NCBI GenBank assembly: GCA_034370385.1
Contig: JAXMKZ010000011.1
Span: forward strand, 165,103 to 229,102
Length of the DNA: 64,000 nt
Direction: 5' to 3'
Origin: Coriobacteriia bacterium
GTDB lineage: Bacteria; Actinomycetota; Coriobacteriia; Anaerosomatales; PHET01
The position numbers were made by a program, and so were the translations under genes. The notes beneath the pieces are model-generated. The model was not told the origin of the DNA. It saw nothing but the letters and a program-made list of their open reading frames with translations, and made no database searches. This document shows positions 52,712 to 61,741 of the stretch, in pieces. The first letter of the stretch is position 1. Each line of letters starts with the position of its first letter.

Positions 52712-54151
52712 TCAGTTGCGCACCGTGAAGTACCTGATCGAGCTCCAGCTCGGATCGTGCCCGAGGTCCGCGTGGTACGAACGCACGTACCACTTGCCTG
52801 CAGTGGGCAGCGTGACAGCCTTGCGATAGGTCCCGACGCCGCCGAGCACACCGACGTTCGTGCCGGTCTTGTAGACGTACTTCCCCTTCGAGTTGCGCAG
52901 GTAGAACTTGAGCGCGACGCTCGTCGAGTACACATGAGCCGGCAGCGTCCCCGACACGTAGAACCGCGCCTTCTTGCGAGGACTCGACGGAGACAAACTC
53001 GGCGTCCCAAGCTTCGCGATCGTGCCTCCGAGACGCGCCCACGTGAGGCCGCCGTTGCGCGAGACGAACGCGCCGCCCTCTCCCCCCGTGTACGATCCGC
53101 CGGTCACCACGAACACGGTGTTGTCGTTGGCGAAGTTCGGCGAGTAGTCGATGTCCTCGATCCAGCTCCCGGTCAGCCCGGTCTCAGCGCGCACCCAGGT
53201 GACCCCGCGGTCGGTCGAACGGCCGAACAGCGGCCCCGGATCGATTCCGGCGCTCACCGACCGCGCTCCTCCCGCGAGTACGGTGTTGTCGATCGCGAAA
53301 CGCGGCGAGGTCACGATCGATCGCGCGGGGATGACCCCGAAGCCCTCGGCTATCCGCGTGAACTGCGCGCCTCCATCCGTGGAACGGAAGATGTGCCCGT
53401 TGCCGTGGGTGGCGAAGACGGTGTGGTCGTTGGCGAAGTCCGACGAGTAGCACGCATCGTTGAATCCCTGATTCCACGAGGGGGACACGGCGGCTGGACT
53501 CCACGCTGACCCGCCGGTGGTGGACACGCGGATAGTGTCGCGGAAGCCCTCGACCGCAACGAGTCCGCCGTCCGTGGCAAACCCGGGCGACATCGCGAAG
53601 TTGTCCATCGCCAGCTCGCCGTAAGCACCGCTCGGCGTGATGAGCGTCCAGGATTCGCCGGCGTCGGCTGACTTGTAGAGGTTCGTGTTCACCATCGCGA
53701 CGATGGTCCGGTCGGCCGCGAACCCCGGCGAGATCCGCAGGCGGTACGGCTGGCCGTCGAACGGCAGGCCCGTGGAGAGCTTCGTCCACGTCGCCCCCCC
53801 GTCAACCGAGCGGTAGATTGCGGCGCCGACGCCGAAGCGGTTGCCCCGCGACGCAACGAACAGTGTGCGGTCAGTGGCGTACGCGGGCGAGACTGCGATG
53901 TCCTCGATGTCCTGCGGAGCGCCGGCGATCAGTGAGAACGATGAGCCACCGTTCGTGCTCTTCCAGAAGGTGGCGTCGTACTGGCCGCCCACGAAGATCG
54001 TCTTGTCGGTGGCGAACGCAGGCGAGACGGCCAGGGACTTGATCTCTTTCCCCTTGCCGGGCGGCGAGACGGCGCCGGCGACGGTCGGCGAGACGACAAG
54101 TGCGACGAGCATCGCGAGTGCGAGTGTGCGGCCGAGATACCTGTGCAACAT
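52712..54151 (-). CDS. Secreted BNR/Asp-box beta-propeller protein (Ycf48/sortilin-like) ending in the shared C-terminal module
   Basis: Signal MLHRYLGRTLALAMLVALVVSPTVAGA. At least six SxDxGxTW-type boxes (STNGGSSF, SVDGGATW, SADAGESW, STTGGSAW, STDGGAQF, STDRGVTW, SRNGGLTW). Confidence 0.75.
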   Translation of the reverse strand: MLHRYLGRTLALAMLVALVVSPTVAGAVSPPGKGKEIKSLAVSPAFATDKTIFVGGQYDATFWKSTNGGSSFSLIAGAPQDIEDIAVSPAYATDRTLFVASRGNRFGVGAAIYRSVDGGATWTKLSTGLPFDGQPYRLRISPGFAADRTIVAMVNTNLYKSADAGESWTLITPSGAYGELAMDNFAMSPGFATDGGLVAVEGFRDTIRVSTTGGSAWSPAAVSPSWNQGFNDACYSSDFANDHTVFATHGNGHIFRSTDGGAQFTRIAEGFGVIPARSIVTSPRFAIDNTVLAGGARSVSAGIDPGPLFGRSTDRGVTWVRAETGLTGSWIEDIDYSPNFANDNTVFVVTGGSYTGGEGGAFVSRNGGLTWARLGGTIAKLGTPSLSPSSPRKKARFYVSGTLPAHVYSTSVALKFYLRNSKGKYVYKTGTNVGVLGGVGTYRKAVTLPTAGKWYVRSYHADLGHDPSWSSIRYFTVRN

Positions 54152-54323
54152 GGATACCGCCCCCCAAGGCGAAAGCGCGTCGGCGCGAATTGCCGACGCC
54201 ACGAGGAGAGTGTACCCGTGAGGGACGGGCAGTTCCCGGGGCGCCTGCCACTTCGCCGCCTCGTTTCATGGGTATACACTGATAGTGGTTATCGAGGTTC
54301 TCCACCATCGAACGGACGCCGGC

Positions 54324-54605
54324 ATGACGAAACTCAACATCTCGATGCCCGAGGAGCTCTTGATCGAGCTGGATGCAGAAGCCCGCGAACTGGGGCTTTC
54401 GCGAAGCGGCCTCATCCAGGAAGCCTCGGCTCGCTACATCGTGCAGGCCCGGGAGGACCGGGCGGCGGAGCGCCGTCGGCTCACGACGCTGTCTGCCGCG
54501 CGGCGGATGCATGAGGCTGGGGTGAGGCTGGGGCTCGCCGGCCAAGACCCGGTGGAGCTCCTCTCGCAAGCCCGTGCGGCGGACGAGGTCACTCGTGCCC
54601 GATAG
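54324..54605 (+). CDS. vapB: Ribbon-helix-helix antitoxin VapB (pair 2)
   Basis: MTKLNISMPEELLIELDAEARELGLSRSGLIQEA. Confidence 0.8.
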   Translation: MTKLNISMPEELLIELDAEARELGLSRSGLIQEASARYIVQAREDRAAERRRLTTLSAARRMHEAGVRLGLAGQDPVELLSQARAADEVTRAR

Positions 54606-55017
54606 CCCCCGGCCCCTCGTGGTGGACGCGAGCGTTGTCGTGAAGTGGTTCGTATCGGCGGGCGAGTCCGGCACCGACACGGCGGCCGAGTTGCTGACCG
54701 AGCACGCCGATGGTGCAGTCCGTCTCGTTGCACCCACGTTGCTTGCTCAGGAAGTCTTCGGTGTCCTCACGCGAGGCGGGCGGACAGCGGGCTCCGCCGA
54801 CGAGGCGATCGAGGCATTCTGCGATGTCGGTGTGGTGCTGATCGCGCCGACGCGCGAACTGATGCTGACGGCAGCCGATCTCATGCGAAGCCACGGGGTC
54901 TCCGCGCTCGACTCGGCGTACGCTGGTCTCGCGAAGACGCTCGACTGCGAGCTCGCTACGGCGGACCGCAAGCTCGCGCGAGCAGTCAGCGGAGCGGTCC
55001 GGGTGCGCAGGGCCTGA
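54595..55017 (+). CDS. vapC: PIN-domain toxin VapC (pair 2)
   Basis: LVVDASVVVKW...LLAQEV...ALDSAYAGLA...LATADRKLA. The GTG start overlaps the vapB end. Confidence 0.8.
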   Translation: MPDSPRPLVVDASVVVKWFVSAGESGTDTAAELLTEHADGAVRLVAPTLLAQEVFGVLTRGGRTAGSADEAIEAFCDVGVVLIAPTRELMLTAADLMRSHGVSALDSAYAGLAKTLDCELATADRKLARAVSGAVRVRRA

Positions 55018-55042
55018 GGGGAACCCGTGAGATCGCGCGCCC

Positions 55043-57322
55043 CTACCCCTCGAACAACTCCTCGGTCTGCACCTCGCCATGCACGAGCGCCTCGAGCGTG
55101 GGCTCGAATGCGTCGCGCAGGTCGTCGAGCGAGAGGCTCAGCCGCTCGCAGATGGCGAGGCGGTCGCCGGCCACGGTGCCGATGACGCTGTAGGGCACGT
55201 CGGCCGCGACGAGCGCTTCGACCAGCGCGTCGGCGTCTTCCTCGGCACACGTCACGATGATGCGGCTCTGGCTCTCGCCGAACAGCGAAGAGACGGCCGG
55301 CAGCTCGTCGTGCAGGTGGACGTCGGCGCCGAGGTCTCCGGCCATGCAGCTCTCGGCGAGCGCGACGGCTATGCCACCTTCCGAGCAGTCGTGCGCGCTC
55401 TTCACGAGCCCGTTGCGGATACCCGCGCGCACGGCGGCCTGCACTGCGGCCTCGAGCTCCAGATCGAGTGCGGGCGGGGCGCCGGTGACGAGGCCATGCT
55501 CGACCTTCAGGTACTCGCTGCCGCCCAGCTCGTCGTAGGACTCGCCCACGAGCACGATCACGTCGCCCTCGTCCTTGAAGTCCATGGTGCAGTGCTGGTC
55601 GACGTGGTCGAGCACGCCGACAAGGCCCACGGTCGGCGTCGGGTAGATCGGGTTGCCGAAGCTCTCGTTGTAGAAGCTCACGTTGCCGCTGATGACGGGG
55701 ACCGTCCACGCCTTGCACGCGTCGGACAGGCCGCGGATGGCCTCGTGGAACGTGTAGAATACCTCGGGCTTTTCCGGATTGCCGAAGTTCAGGCAGTCGG
55801 TGATCGCCGCCGGCTCGCCGCCCGCGCACGTCACGTTGCGCGCGGCCTCGGCCAGCGCGATCTGCGCGCCCGTGTACGGATCGAGGTAGCAGTAGCGGCC
55901 GTTGCAGTCGCTCGAGACGGCGATGGCGCGGTCGGTCATCTCGCCCCGTCCGGTGTCGCCGATGCGGATGACGGCCGCATCGCCACCGGGCAGCACGACG
56001 GTGTTCGTCATGACCTGGTGGTCGTACTGCTCCCAAATCCAGTGCCGGGAGCAGATGTTGGGACTGGCGAGCAGCCCGAGCAGCGTCTCTGCGAGCGCCT
56101 CTTCGGTCTCCGGATGCGTGAGCGTATGGGGGTCGAACGCCTGCACCTCGTCGAGGTACGCGGGTCTCGACATCGCCGGGTCGTAGATCGGCGCGTCGTG
56201 GGCGAGCGTGGCGGCCGGCATGTCGCCGACGATCGTCTCCCCCTCGCGGATCACGAAGCGGCCGGTATCGGTGACCGTACCGATGACGGTCGAGCGCAGT
56301 CCCCACTTCGCACACACCGCCATCGCAGCGTCGAGCTTCTCCGGCTCGACCACGGCGAGCATGCGCTCCTGCGACTCGGAGACCATGAACTCGAACGGCT
56401 TCATCTCCAGTTCGCGCGCGGGGATCTTTGTGACGTCGATGTCGAGACCGACTCCGCCGCGGCTGGCCATCTCGCTCGCGCTCGAGGTGAGCCCGGCCGC
56501 GCCGAGGTCGCCCAGCGCGACGAGCAGCCCGGCGCGCAGCAGCTCGAGGCACGCCTCGATGAGCAGCTTCTCCTCGAACGGGTCGCCCACCTGGACTGCC
56601 GGGCGCTTGTCTTCGGCTCGCTCGTCGAACTCCTGGCTGGCCAGCACGCTCGCGCCACCAATGCCATCGCGGCCGGTCGTCGACCCGATGAGCACGACGA
56701 GGTTGCCAGGCCCCGTGGCCACCGCGCGCATGAGGTCTTCCTCGCGCATGAGGCCGATCGACATCGCATTGATGAGGCAGTTGCCTTCGTAGGCCTCCTC
56801 GAAGTAGACCTCGCCACCGACCGTCGGCACGCCCAAACAGTTGCCGTAGCCGCCGATGCCGGCCACCGCGCCCTCGAACAGGTAGCGCTGGCGCGCCTTG
56901 TCCAGCGTGCCGAAGCGCAAGGAGTCGAGGCTGCCGATGGGCCGCGCGCCCATCGTGAAGATGTCGCGGATGATACCGCCGACGCCGGTCGCCGCGCCCT
57001 GGTACGGCTCGATGGCGCTCGGGTGGTTGTGGCTCTCCATCTTGAACGCGACCGCCCAGCCGTCGCCGACGCCGATGACGCCGGCGTTCTCGCCGGGGCC
57101 CTGCAAGACGTGCGGACCCTCGGTCGGGAACATGCGAAGCGCCTTGCGCGAGTGCTTGTAGCTGCAGTGCTCGCTCCACATGAGCGAGTACATGTAGAGC
57201 TCGGTGATCGTCGGTGTGCGGCCCAGAATCTCGACGACGTGGTCGTACTCAGAGGGCTTGAGACCCAGCTCCACGGCGAGCTTCGGCGCGAGTTCGGGCG
57301 AGAGATCGGCGACGACGGTCAC
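55043..57322 (-). CDS. purL: Phosphoribosylformylglycinamidine synthase subunit PurL (FGAM synthase II)
   Basis: MWSEHCSYKHS, ESHNHPS and two AIRS-like repeats. 759 aa. Confidence 0.95.
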   Translation of the reverse strand: MTVVADLSPELAPKLAVELGLKPSEYDHVVEILGRTPTITELYMYSLMWSEHCSYKHSRKALRMFPTEGPHVLQGPGENAGVIGVGDGWAVAFKMESHNHPSAIEPYQGAATGVGGIIRDIFTMGARPIGSLDSLRFGTLDKARQRYLFEGAVAGIGGYGNCLGVPTVGGEVYFEEAYEGNCLINAMSIGLMREEDLMRAVATGPGNLVVLIGSTTGRDGIGGASVLASQEFDERAEDKRPAVQVGDPFEEKLLIEACLELLRAGLLVALGDLGAAGLTSSASEMASRGGVGLDIDVTKIPARELEMKPFEFMVSESQERMLAVVEPEKLDAAMAVCAKWGLRSTVIGTVTDTGRFVIREGETIVGDMPAATLAHDAPIYDPAMSRPAYLDEVQAFDPHTLTHPETEEALAETLLGLLASPNICSRHWIWEQYDHQVMTNTVVLPGGDAAVIRIGDTGRGEMTDRAIAVSSDCNGRYCYLDPYTGAQIALAEAARNVTCAGGEPAAITDCLNFGNPEKPEVFYTFHEAIRGLSDACKAWTVPVISGNVSFYNESFGNPIYPTPTVGLVGVLDHVDQHCTMDFKDEGDVIVLVGESYDELGGSEYLKVEHGLVTGAPPALDLELEAAVQAAVRAGIRNGLVKSAHDCSEGGIAVALAESCMAGDLGADVHLHDELPAVSSLFGESQSRIIVTCAEEDADALVEALVAADVPYSVIGTVAGDRLAICERLSLSLDDLRDAFEPTLEALVHGEVQTEELFEG

Positions 57323-57434
57323 AGCGGTGACCCCTTTCGAACGGTGAGGAGAGCGTGAACGAACGCGCCCATTGTAAGCGAATACCTGGCGCGAGCGACG
57401 GGCGTCACTGGATGATGAGCGCGCCGGTATCCCG

Positions 57435-60400
57435 CTACTTCACCTGCAGGTAGTCGTAGTTCTTCGACCAGCTCGCGGCGTGTCCTGAATCGGCGTGGTA
57501 AGCGCGCATGCGCCAGCGGCCGGCCTTGGTGAGCCGCAGCGAAACGCGGTACCTCGAGTAGGTGGCATGGTTCGCACAGGTAGCGTTCTTGTAGCCATAA
57601 GCCTTCCAGCGGCCCTTCTCCAAGCGCCACAGGTAGACGCGCACGGGCTTGGAGCCGACCGCGTGACGCGGCTTGAGCGTGCCGCTCACCGTGATCGGCT
57701 TGCCCACCTTGGCCTTGGGCGGCGCGACCGGGGTGCCCACGAACGCGCGCGGCAACACCCATGCGCCCGGGCCCACGACGCCCGGCACCCCTTCGCCGGG
57801 CAGCGAACGCACGCGATAGATGGCGCGAACACCCGGAACTACGGTGATACTGAACCCTCCGTCAGCCGCGGTCGCGACCGGAGCCGAGCAATCAGAGAAA
57901 CCCACGCCGTCAGAGGAGGACTGCGCCACGACGCGTGCGCCCGCTATCGGGCCCGCCTCGGCGCTCAGGCGGCCTTCGAGCACGAACGGATCACCCCAGG
58001 CCGGCAGTACGCGTGATGTCGTGAGCATCTCGATCCAGGCCGGGCCGGTGACGGTGAAGGTGTGGACCACCGAGGCGCTCCGGTTACCGGCCACGTCGAT
58101 CGCCCACGCGGTGATGGTGTGCGGGCCGGGAACCTCGTAGGCCACGAGCGCCTCTGACACCGGCAGCGTGGCTGTGGGCTCTTGGCCGATGCGCCACCCG
58201 ACCGCCGAGACGCCCGAGAGGGTGTCGGCTCCCCAAAGGCGCAGGCGCGCCAGGTAGCTCACCGTGCTCGAGTCGGCGATGGTGAGGGTCGGCGCTGTCA
58301 GGTCGATGCGCACGATGGCGGTCTCGGTCGCACAGCGGTTGCCCGCACCGTCAATCGCACTGTAGGCGAGCGTCGAGGTGCCCTGCTCGGAGATGATCAC
58401 GGTACTCGCCGATCCCGCGGACTGCCCGGCGAGCGGGGGCCCGGACGGCCCGGTGACCAGCCACTCGATGCGGGCGATGCCCGAACCGTCGTCCGTGGCG
58501 CGCAGGCGCACCGTCACAGGCGCCGCCCGCCACACGCCCGGGGCGTCGTCTGAGACGCTCGGTGCGGTGGTGTCGGGGACGACCGGGGCGGCGATGTGGA
58601 CGGTGGTGGAGTGCGGATCCTCGGTGTTGCCGGCCGTGTCGACCGACCAGAAGCTCACGGTCGTGGTGCCCACGGTGCTCACGGCGAACGGGCCGCCGTA
58701 GATCGAGGCGGGGCCGGTCCCGATGCGGAACCACGTGCTCGCGACACCAGAGCGCGTGTCGGAAGGTGTGAGGGTCACGAGGACCGGGGCGCCGGGGGCG
58801 CCGGGAACGTGTGCGGCTGTCGTGTGTGGCGCGCTCTTGTCGATGCGCACTACAGCGGTCTCGGTCGCGCAGCGGTTGCCGGCGACGTCGATGGCCGAGT
58901 ACTCGATGGTGGTGGTGCCCTCGGCGCTGATCGCGACCTTCGCGGGGCTGCTCGCCGAGGAACCCGCACCTGCGCTCGCACCTGAGAGGGCCCAGTCGAT
59001 GCTCGCGATGCCACTGCGCGCATCAGAGGCGGTGATGGTCACGGTGACGTCGCCCGTCTGCCAGCCGCCCGGCGCGTCGTCTGAGACGGTGGGGGCATCG
59101 GTGTCCACGGTCACGAAGGCGGACTTGGCAGTCGGGTTACCGGCCAGGTCGCTGCACCACGCCATGATGAGGTGATCGCCTGAAGCGCCTGGCGAGAACG
59201 AGCCGCCGGTATAGAGCTGGGGCGCGCCTCCGTCGACGGTGTAGAAGACCGGACCGACACCGGATACCGCATCCGATGCCTCGATCGAGACCGAGGAGGG
59301 CGAGGCGGTGATCGCGAGCCCCGGCGCGCTCTTGTCGAGCCGCACGGTCGCGGTCTCGGTCGCGCAGCGGTTGCCGGCCACATCAGCGGCCGAGTACTCG
59401 ATGGTGGTGGTGCCCTCGTCGGTGAGTGCGACGGTCGCGATGCCGGCAGAAGGATGCGTCACGGTGGGTGTGCCCCCGCCGGTGACGAGGACGTCGGTAC
59501 CCGCGACGCCGGAGAGCGCGTCGGTCGCCTCCACCGTCACCGTGACGTCATGCGCACGCCAGCCGCCCGGAGCGTCGTCTGAGACAGCCGGCAGACCGGT
59601 GTCGACGAGGATCGGCCCGAAGTGGGTGCCGGCAGACCACAAGCCGACCGCATCGGCTGTAGCGACGTTGACGTAGAGCGGCACACCCGGAGTGGCGGCA
59701 AACGTGAACGCCGAGGTGCCGGCCGAATGCGTGACGATGGGCAGCGGGTACCCGGTCGTGCCGGTCGAGACCGAGATCGCGAAGCCGGCGACGGGCGCGA
59801 CGGTGCCCGTCGCACTGCTGATGTCCACCGTGACCGTGGCGCTCTTGGACCAGACGCCCTGCGTGTGGGTCAAACTCGTCAGCGTCGGGTCCACCGGCGC
59901 GACCGGACCGGCCAAGTCCACGTACTCGTGGGCTCCCATGTCAAAGCCCGCTCCCCGTGGCCGCCAGACGCCGAGCTTGTCTGCTGCCGGCGCGGCCGTG
60001 GAGGTCGCCACATCAATGCACGGAGAGCCGGCCTTCAGTCGGAAGTCGCCCGCCGAGGTCGCGACGAAGCTCGGTGCGACCGAGATGTTGCCGGTACCCG
60101 CGTCCCCGTCCTCGATGTCCGAGTAGGTCGCCGAACAGCCGAGGAGGTCGTCTCCGTTGCCCCACACGATGCTGTTCGTGATGGCCGGCACGGAAAGGGC
60201 GCAGTAGATGCCGCCGCCGGTGGTCGCGGAGTTGCCCGTGATGGTGCTGTTCGTGATGGTCGGAGCGGACCCGTCGCCAAAGATGAAAATGCCGCCGCCG
60301 CCGCCGTTGCCGCCGGAGTAGCCGGGGGCGGAGTTGCCGGAGATGGTGTTGTTCGTGATCGCTGGCGAGGAGTAGGAGGAGTAGATGCCGCCGCCGTAGG

Positions 60401-61517
60401 TGGCGCTGAAGTTGTCGGTGATGGTGTTGTTCGTGATCGCCGGCGAGGAGGATTCGCAGCAGTAGATGCCGCCGCCTGCGCCGAAGCGGAAGTTCTTGGA
60501 GTTGAAGGCGGAGTTGCCGGAGATGGTGTTGTTCGTGATCGCTGGCGAGGAGAGGAGGCCGCCGCACCAGATGCCGGCGCCGTATTGTGTGGCGGAGTTG
60601 CCGGACATGGTGTTGTTTGTGATCGCCGGCGAGGAGGAGAGACAGTAGATGCCGCCGCCGTAGCTGGCGGAGTTGCTGGTGATGATGTTGTTCGTGATCG
60701 CCGGCGAGCCGGGGTCGCAGGAGATGCCGCCGCCGAAGTTGGCGGAGTTGCGGGTGATGATGTTGTTCGTGATCGCCGGCGAGGAGGAGAGACAGTAAAT
60801 GCCGCCGCCGTTGGCGGGGATGCCGGAGACGGAGTTGCCGGAGATGGTGTTGTTCGTGATCGCTGGCGAGGAGGAGAGACAGTAAATGCCGCCGCCGCCG
60901 CCGCCGTCGCCGAAGGCGAAGCCGGAGGCGGAGTTGCCGGAGATGGTGTTGTTCGTGATCGCTGGCGAGGAGGAGAGACAGTAAATGCCGCCGCCGTAGT
61001 CGGTGGAGTTGCCGGAGATGTTGTTCTCAGAGATCGTCGGCGAGGAGTCGAAGCAGTAGATGCCGCCGCCGCCGTTGGTGGCGGAGTTGCCGGAGATGGT
61101 GTTGTTCGTGATCGCTGGCGAGGAGGAGCGACAGTAGATGCCGCCGCCGTAGGTGGCGGAACCGCCTGTGATCGTGAATCCGTCGATGCTCTCACCGGTG
61201 CCGGTGCTGCTCACCGTCACGACCGAGCCTGTGCCGGTGCCCTTGAGCGTCGTCGACGCGGCGCCGGCGCCGTGGATCGACACACCGTCCTTCATCGTGA
61301 TGTTTCCGCAGAAGGTCCCCGGCCCCACGTTGACGTCATCGCCTGCCGCCGCGGAATCGATAGCGTGCTGGACGGTGGCGAACGGCATGAGCGGCGAGCC
61401 GTCCCCAAGCGTGTCGCTCCCGAACTGCGACACAAAGACAGGTGCCGCCTGCGCGGTCAACGGGAACGCGAGTACGGATGCGAACAGAACGAGCGCTACG
61501 AGCACGAAGCGGCGCAT
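57435..61517 (-). CDS. Giant (1360 aa) secreted protein: about 13 PbH1-type parallel beta-helix repeats, several Ig-like domains, and the shared C-terminal module
   Basis: GGAGG lies 8 nt upstream of ATG 61517. Signal MRRFVLVALVLFASVLAFPLTAQA. Repeats read ITNNTISGNSA..GGGIYC.SSSPA. Three ~95-aa domains end in AGNRCATETA.VR.D. The ORF-track extension to 62390 overlaps the real vapBC genes and is rejected. Confidence 0.85.
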   Translation of the reverse strand: MRRFVLVALVLFASVLAFPLTAQAAPVFVSQFGSDTLGDGSPLMPFATVQHAIDSAAAGDDVNVGPGTFCGNITMKDGVSIHGAGAASTTLKGTGTGSVVTVSSTGTGESIDGFTITGGSATYGGGIYCRSSSPAITNNTISGNSATNGGGGIYCFDSSPTISENNISGNSTDYGGGIYCLSSSPAITNNTISGNSASGFAFGDGGGGGGIYCLSSSPAITNNTISGNSVSGIPANGGGIYCLSSSPAITNNIITRNSANFGGGISCDPGSPAITNNIITSNSASYGGGIYCLSSSPAITNNTMSGNSATQYGAGIWCGGLLSSPAITNNTISGNSAFNSKNFRFGAGGGIYCCESSSPAITNNTITDNFSATYGGGIYSSYSSPAITNNTISGNSAPGYSGGNGGGGGIFIFGDGSAPTITNSTITGNSATTGGGIYCALSVPAITNSIVWGNGDDLLGCSATYSDIEDGDAGTGNISVAPSFVATSAGDFRLKAGSPCIDVATSTAAPAADKLGVWRPRGAGFDMGAHEYVDLAGPVAPVDPTLTSLTHTQGVWSKSATVTVDISSATGTVAPVAGFAISVSTGTTGYPLPIVTHSAGTSAFTFAATPGVPLYVNVATADAVGLWSAGTHFGPILVDTGLPAVSDDAPGGWRAHDVTVTVEATDALSGVAGTDVLVTGGGTPTVTHPSAGIATVALTDEGTTTIEYSAADVAGNRCATETATVRLDKSAPGLAITASPSSVSIEASDAVSGVGPVFYTVDGGAPQLYTGGSFSPGASGDHLIMAWCSDLAGNPTAKSAFVTVDTDAPTVSDDAPGGWQTGDVTVTITASDARSGIASIDWALSGASAGAGSSASSPAKVAISAEGTTTIEYSAIDVAGNRCATETAVVRIDKSAPHTTAAHVPGAPGAPVLVTLTPSDTRSGVASTWFRIGTGPASIYGGPFAVSTVGTTTVSFWSVDTAGNTEDPHSTTVHIAAPVVPDTTAPSVSDDAPGVWRAAPVTVRLRATDDGSGIARIEWLVTGPSGPPLAGQSAGSASTVIISEQGTSTLAYSAIDGAGNRCATETAIVRIDLTAPTLTIADSSTVSYLARLRLWGADTLSGVSAVGWRIGQEPTATLPVSEALVAYEVPGPHTITAWAIDVAGNRSASVVHTFTVTGPAWIEMLTTSRVLPAWGDPFVLEGRLSAEAGPIAGARVVAQSSSDGVGFSDCSAPVATAADGGFSITVVPGVRAIYRVRSLPGEGVPGVVGPGAWVLPRAFVGTPVAPPKAKVGKPITVSGTLKPRHAVGSKPVRVYLWRLEKGRWKAYGYKNATCANHATYSRYRVSLRLTKAGRWRMRAYHADSGHAASWSKNYDYLQVK
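60150..61150 (-). repeat. Intragenic tandem coding repeats (66-75 nt units), including five perfect copies of a 44-nt core
   Basis: cggagttgccggagatggtgttgttcgtgatcgctggcgaggag occurs at 60329..60372, 60509..60552, 60830..60873, 60929..60972 and 61082..61125 (plus strand). Degenerate copies lie between them. Confidence 0.85.
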
Positions 61518-61741
61518 GGGATTCCCCTCCGAAACCATGGTTGCATGCCATCCGGCACCTGATGCTGATGCGGTGCGACATCGCCGCGCAGCCAGCATAA
61601 CCCAACGCGAGCGCACGAGCGGACGCCGAGACGGCACAGACGCCCGCCTCCCTGGGCTGCGACGGCGACCCCTGTCGAAAGGCGAGGTTGACTTGTAGGA
61701 ATGCGCCCATGCCACGCGAACACGTGGGCGAGCGGCGTGTG

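Noticed and set aside
54747-57358. Very long alternative-frame ORFs overlapping purL (54747..57179 minus, 810 aa; 55079..57358 plus, 759 aa). Similar cases occur elsewhere: 1144..2358, 17719..18918, 26288..27823, 40517..41575, 49339..50430, 59622..61562 and 60035..61195.
   Set aside because: Their translations are Arg/Ala/Gly/Pro-rich and low in complexity, with no recognisable motifs. They overlap ORFs with clear homology. Stop-poor shadow frames are expected at about 65% GC.
57323-57434. A purine riboswitch upstream of purL.
   Set aside because: No three-way-junction pattern or conserved purine-riboswitch loop sequences are visible in the 112-nt gap.
60150-61150. The regularly spaced identical 44-bp repeats could be mistaken for a CRISPR array.
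   Set aside because: The repeats are in-frame parts of a protein repeat (ITNNTISGNSA...). The 'spacers' are also homologous to each other, spacing is irregular (99-321 bp between perfect copies), and no cas genes are present.
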